Of a stretch of DNA of 64,000 bases, positions 60,952-64,000 are shown one piece after another. The stretch is from Fibrobacteria bacterium (GTDB lineage: Bacteria > Fibrobacterota > Fibrobacteria > UBA11236). The stretch's first letter is position 1; each line of letters begins with the position of its first letter. The notes beneath the pieces are model-generated. The model ran no database searches. It worked only from the letters and a program-made list of their open reading frames with translations, and was not told the origin of the DNA. The stretch is from positions 60,330 to 124,329 of the forward strand of contig JAYTHY010000136.1 in assembly GCA_043732185.1 (NCBI GenBank). Reading direction: 5' to 3'. A program made the translations under genes and the position numbers.

Positions 60952-63549
60952 ATGTCAGACCCATTCAAGTCATGGGACGCGTTTAATCCCAAAGCCCCTG
61001 AGGACATTTTTACAAAACCCAATCCAAAGGCTGGTGCCAAAGGCAGAATGGGTGGTGTCGGCGGCGGTGGGGGAGGTAGCCGTGCCCGCCAACCAGAGCC
61101 AGAACCCGAGTTAGAACCACTCGACATTCCAGTTGAACCTATAGCCCCCGCGCCGGAAAAGCCTGAGCCCTCGGTCACGCTGCGCAACCCAAAATGGGAA
61201 ATCGAAAAAGTTGGGTTTAATGAGAATACGGATATTTCCATTGAAGTAGACCTGCCGGAAAAAATCGCCCATAGAACCAAAATTACCTTTGAACTTTTCG
61301 CCAAAACTCCGGATGGACCATGCCGCATCGTACAAGGCGAAGCCCATGCCAAGGAGGGTAAGGCCCTATGCTGCATTCCCGTCTACATCCCCAGTTATAA
61401 GGATGCCAAAGGCAATCGATTACAAAAGGTCGATTATTATTTCACTGCCAAGCATACGGAATCAGCGCTTCTAGACGGATCAAAAAAAACCAAGTTGGTC
61501 GATGAGATGGCCGAACGCCTGATCGAAACCCACATCGTGCCTAACCAGATCTTTGCTTCTGGAAAAAGTTTTTTACATCCCAAGTACGCGACCGAGTTGA
61601 AGGATATGTGCGCGAAGATCAAAGTCTGGCGGGACAAGCATCCGGATGAGAAGCTGGCGGTATTTGGACACACGAATACAGTAGGCAAGGACGTATCCAA
61701 TAAGGCTTTATCTGAGCGCAACGCGAAATCGGTTCATGGTTTTCTGATGAAGGATGCGAGTGTGTGGTGCGAATTGGATAAAGAGGAAAAGTGGGGATTG
61801 TCTGAAGTCCAAGAGTTGCTGAATCATTTAGGGCATGATGCGGGGGCATCGGATGGGCATGACGGGCCTAAGACACAAGCTGCGGTGAAGGCCTTTCAGA
61901 CCAAGCAGGGTTTACTGGTTGATGGGCAAGCCGGGGCAAATACGCGTGAGGTTTTGTATCAAGCTTTTATGGAGGATTGTAACACCTTGAACTTGAAAGC
62001 CAAAGCCTTTGATTCTATTAACGGACATCCTACGGCCGGTTGCAGCGAGTTTAATCTGGTGGAGAAATCAGACGGGGCAAGTGAGGCGAATCATCGGGTA
62101 GCGGTGTTATTTGTGAAGTCCAACAAGAATTTTCCGATTCATTATCCATGTGCCAAAGGCGATGTAGGTGCGTGTAAAAGCCAAGTGGCGCAAGAGGGCC
62201 ATCGGAGGACGGCTGGTTTTGGCTGTAAGTTTTATGATGAGTTGGTGAAGGAAAAGCCTACGCATGGTGGCAAGAGCGCGGATAAACCAAAGGATGAAAT
62301 AATCCATGTGGGGATTTTCTTCGATGGTACGGATAACAATCGAGACCGGGACCGGCCTTTGAAACACGATACCAATGTGTCCAAACTATTCGACCTTTAT
62401 CAGCAAGACGATAAATCGCGCTATAAGTTTTATCTCGAAGGGGTTGGTACTGGCAATTGGCTAAAATCGGATAAATTTTCAGGCGGATTTTCTGGCCGAG
62501 GCATTTATGATCGCATCGTAAGAGCCACGAAAAGTTTAAAAGATGTCACAGACAAACATCCGGAAAGTGAAATACGTCTTTCCGTATTTGGATTTAGTCG
62601 GGGAGCTGCCACTGCGCTGGCCTTTATAAACTATCTATTTGATAAAGGGGCTACGACACCCGTTCAAAGTTCGGCTTCTGCTGGGTCCAACATTAGTTTC
62701 GGCTTGCCATCGCAGCCAACACATTCTACAACCCCAGAAGAAAATGCTAAAAAATTGGGTTTTGAAAAGGTCTGGTTTGTGGGCCTTTTCGACACTGTAG
62801 CCTCGGTTGGAATGCCCGGAGATGATAAGGAATACACGCATGATGTATCGGTTAAGCATTCGAAAATCCGTCGACTCACCCATTATGTAGCCAGGGATGA
62901 GCGACGCGGTCTGTTCCCATCCACAAGTATCCATACCGGTTCCGGATCAGCGCTTCCATCCGGGTGGGAGGAAAAAATCTTTCCGGGCGCGCATTCGGAT
63001 GTTGGGGGTGGATACGAGGAGCAATTAGAAGATATGGCCAATGCATCCCATGACCAAGGACAAGATCATACGAAGGTTGTGAACCACACCAAAAAGGGAG
63101 ACCATTTGTCCCGGGTGGCAGGCTGGGCGATGTACGATGCAGCTCTAAAAGCGGATGTTCCGATGTACGGTATTAATTTTGATAGTCCGACTTCAAGCCC
63201 TGCCCAACACGCTTTCGACAATATTATGATGGGTAAAACAGTTGAGGAAATTCCTGAAAATGGCTGGACGACTTTTAAGCTACCAGATGGAACCGAAAAT
63301 TCACATGAGAAAACAAAAGACGCTTTAAAATTGCTCTCAATTCCATTTCACCTCGGTCCCCTATGGAAATCGCGGAATTCAGAATCTACCTTTAATGGTT
63401 TAGTATCAATTCATGACCCCGATTTCAAAGACAATATTTATCCTTATATCCATGATTCCCTTGGTTTGATGGACCCCAAAGGTATTGGCGAATCTGTAGG
63501 TATAAATGCCAGCCCACGAACAACCATATATCGAGGTGTACCAAAATGA
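60952..63549 (+). CDS. OmpA-like / peptidoglycan-binding / DUF2235 (Tle1-like phospholipase) fusion protein, putative toxin
   Basis: FASGKSFL..FGHTN..N.ALSERNA.SV..NHRV (OmpA-like), VQELL..LG..DG..GPKT..AVKAFQ...GL..DG.AG..T (PG_binding_1), and GIFFDGT..TNV..GFSRG..GLFDTV..FPGAHSDVGGGY (DUF2235). Start uncertain (60925 or 60952). Confidence 0.88.
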   Translation: MSDPFKSWDAFNPKAPEDIFTKPNPKAGAKGRMGGVGGGGGGSRARQPEPEPELEPLDIPVEPIAPAPEKPEPSVTLRNPKWEIEKVGFNENTDISIEVDLPEKIAHRTKITFELFAKTPDGPCRIVQGEAHAKEGKALCCIPVYIPSYKDAKGNRLQKVDYYFTAKHTESALLDGSKKTKLVDEMAERLIETHIVPNQIFASGKSFLHPKYATELKDMCAKIKVWRDKHPDEKLAVFGHTNTVGKDVSNKALSERNAKSVHGFLMKDASVWCELDKEEKWGLSEVQELLNHLGHDAGASDGHDGPKTQAAVKAFQTKQGLLVDGQAGANTREVLYQAFMEDCNTLNLKAKAFDSINGHPTAGCSEFNLVEKSDGASEANHRVAVLFVKSNKNFPIHYPCAKGDVGACKSQVAQEGHRRTAGFGCKFYDELVKEKPTHGGKSADKPKDEIIHVGIFFDGTDNNRDRDRPLKHDTNVSKLFDLYQQDDKSRYKFYLEGVGTGNWLKSDKFSGGFSGRGIYDRIVRATKSLKDVTDKHPESEIRLSVFGFSRGAATALAFINYLFDKGATTPVQSSASAGSNISFGLPSQPTHSTTPEENAKKLGFEKVWFVGLFDTVASVGMPGDDKEYTHDVSVKHSKIRRLTHYVARDERRGLFPSTSIHTGSGSALPSGWEEKIFPGAHSDVGGGYEEQLEDMANASHDQGQDHTKVVNHTKKGDHLSRVAGWAMYDAALKADVPMYGINFDSPTSSPAQHAFDNIMMGKTVEEIPENGWTTFKLPDGTENSHEKTKDALKLLSIPFHLGPLWKSRNSESTFNGLVSIHDPDFKDNIYPYIHDSLGLMDPKGIGESVGINASPRTTIYRGVPK

Positions 63550-64000
63550 AAAATAAAAGGCCGCTCCTAATTACCCTAATCTTCACTTTGATAGTGAGTG
63601 GTTTGTGGCTATTTCGCTATGATATTTCCTTCGGAAAATATTATGCGATTTATGACATCACTGTCACTGATACGTTGAAACGGAGTCACAGTGCGTCACT
63701 CCAGTTTGGCACGCATTCTTTTTCGGCAGGTGGATTCACTGGTAATGCTGTAAACATCGGAGTGTCGGCGCCTATCCCAGATTCTGCGGTGCAAGAATTT
63801 TTTGAATATGCAAAACGAGATCCAAAATACATGACTACTGATTCGCTTGGATATGGTGTCTATAGTGGCCCCCCTGTCGAGGATCCACCGTCACGTTACG
63901 TAAAAATCCCCGTACTCTCCCGCCTTCCCAAGCGGACGATGTTTCAAAAATACGCCTTCCATTTCACCATCTATCCCCACGACAGTGTGGCTTTAGAAAT
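63546..64000 (+). CDS. Putative immunity protein, N-terminally anchored (3'-truncated by window edge)
   Basis: ATG overlaps the toxin's TGA. Reads MKNKRPLLITLIFTLIVSGLWLFRYD... and stays open to the window end. Not in the ORF track because it has no stop codon. Confidence 0.65.
   Translation, partial: MKNKRPLLITLIFTLIVSGLWLFRYDISFGKYYAIYDITVTDTLKRSHSASLQFGTHSFSAGGFTGNAVNIGVSAPIPDSAVQEFFEYAKRDPKYMTTDSLGYGVYSGPPVEDPPSRYVKIPVLSRLPKRTMFQKYAFHFTIYPHDSVALE

Noticed and set aside
49300..64000. Integrative element or prophage carrying the R-M and toxin genes
   Set aside because: No integrase, transposase, tRNA target or paired att sites were recognised within the window.

Overview
A gene-dense bacterial chromosomal segment of roughly 50% GC (by eye). 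A TIGR02147-like gene suggests Fibrobacterota or a relative; this is an inference. About 1-49.3 kb is mostly core and metabolic: the dnaA 3' part, GAF-containing ptsP, glgM-glgE, a hybrid sensor kinase, rnr, a degenerate cobS-like gene, a GT4/GT4/deacetylase/GT32 envelope cluster, eno, parE/parC, hemB, HIT, rpmG, panE, two pilT paralogues, a self-contained sigma54 two-component module with a visible promoter and enhancer, isoamylase, a radical SAM protein, hyi and AraC regulators. About 49.3-60.7 kb is a tightly coupled type I restriction-modification operon (half-size hsdS, hsdM, dinD, hsdS, dinD, yhcG, fic, hsdR, M48 peptidase). It carries four embedded accessory genes, a 42-bp-periodic operator-like array in front of hsdR, and a GC-rich palindromic mini-element in front of hsdS. 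From about 60.9 kb to the end is a large protein with no signal peptide, fusing a degenerate OmpA-like domain, an inserted peptidoglycan-binding domain and a C-terminal DUF2235/Tle1-type lipase domain. It is followed by a coupled, membrane-anchored, immunity-like gene. This pair is the best candidate for an undescribed polymorphic toxin system. No rRNA, tRNA, CRISPR array, transposase or integrase was recognised. All family assignments come from motif recognition by eye, not from database searches.
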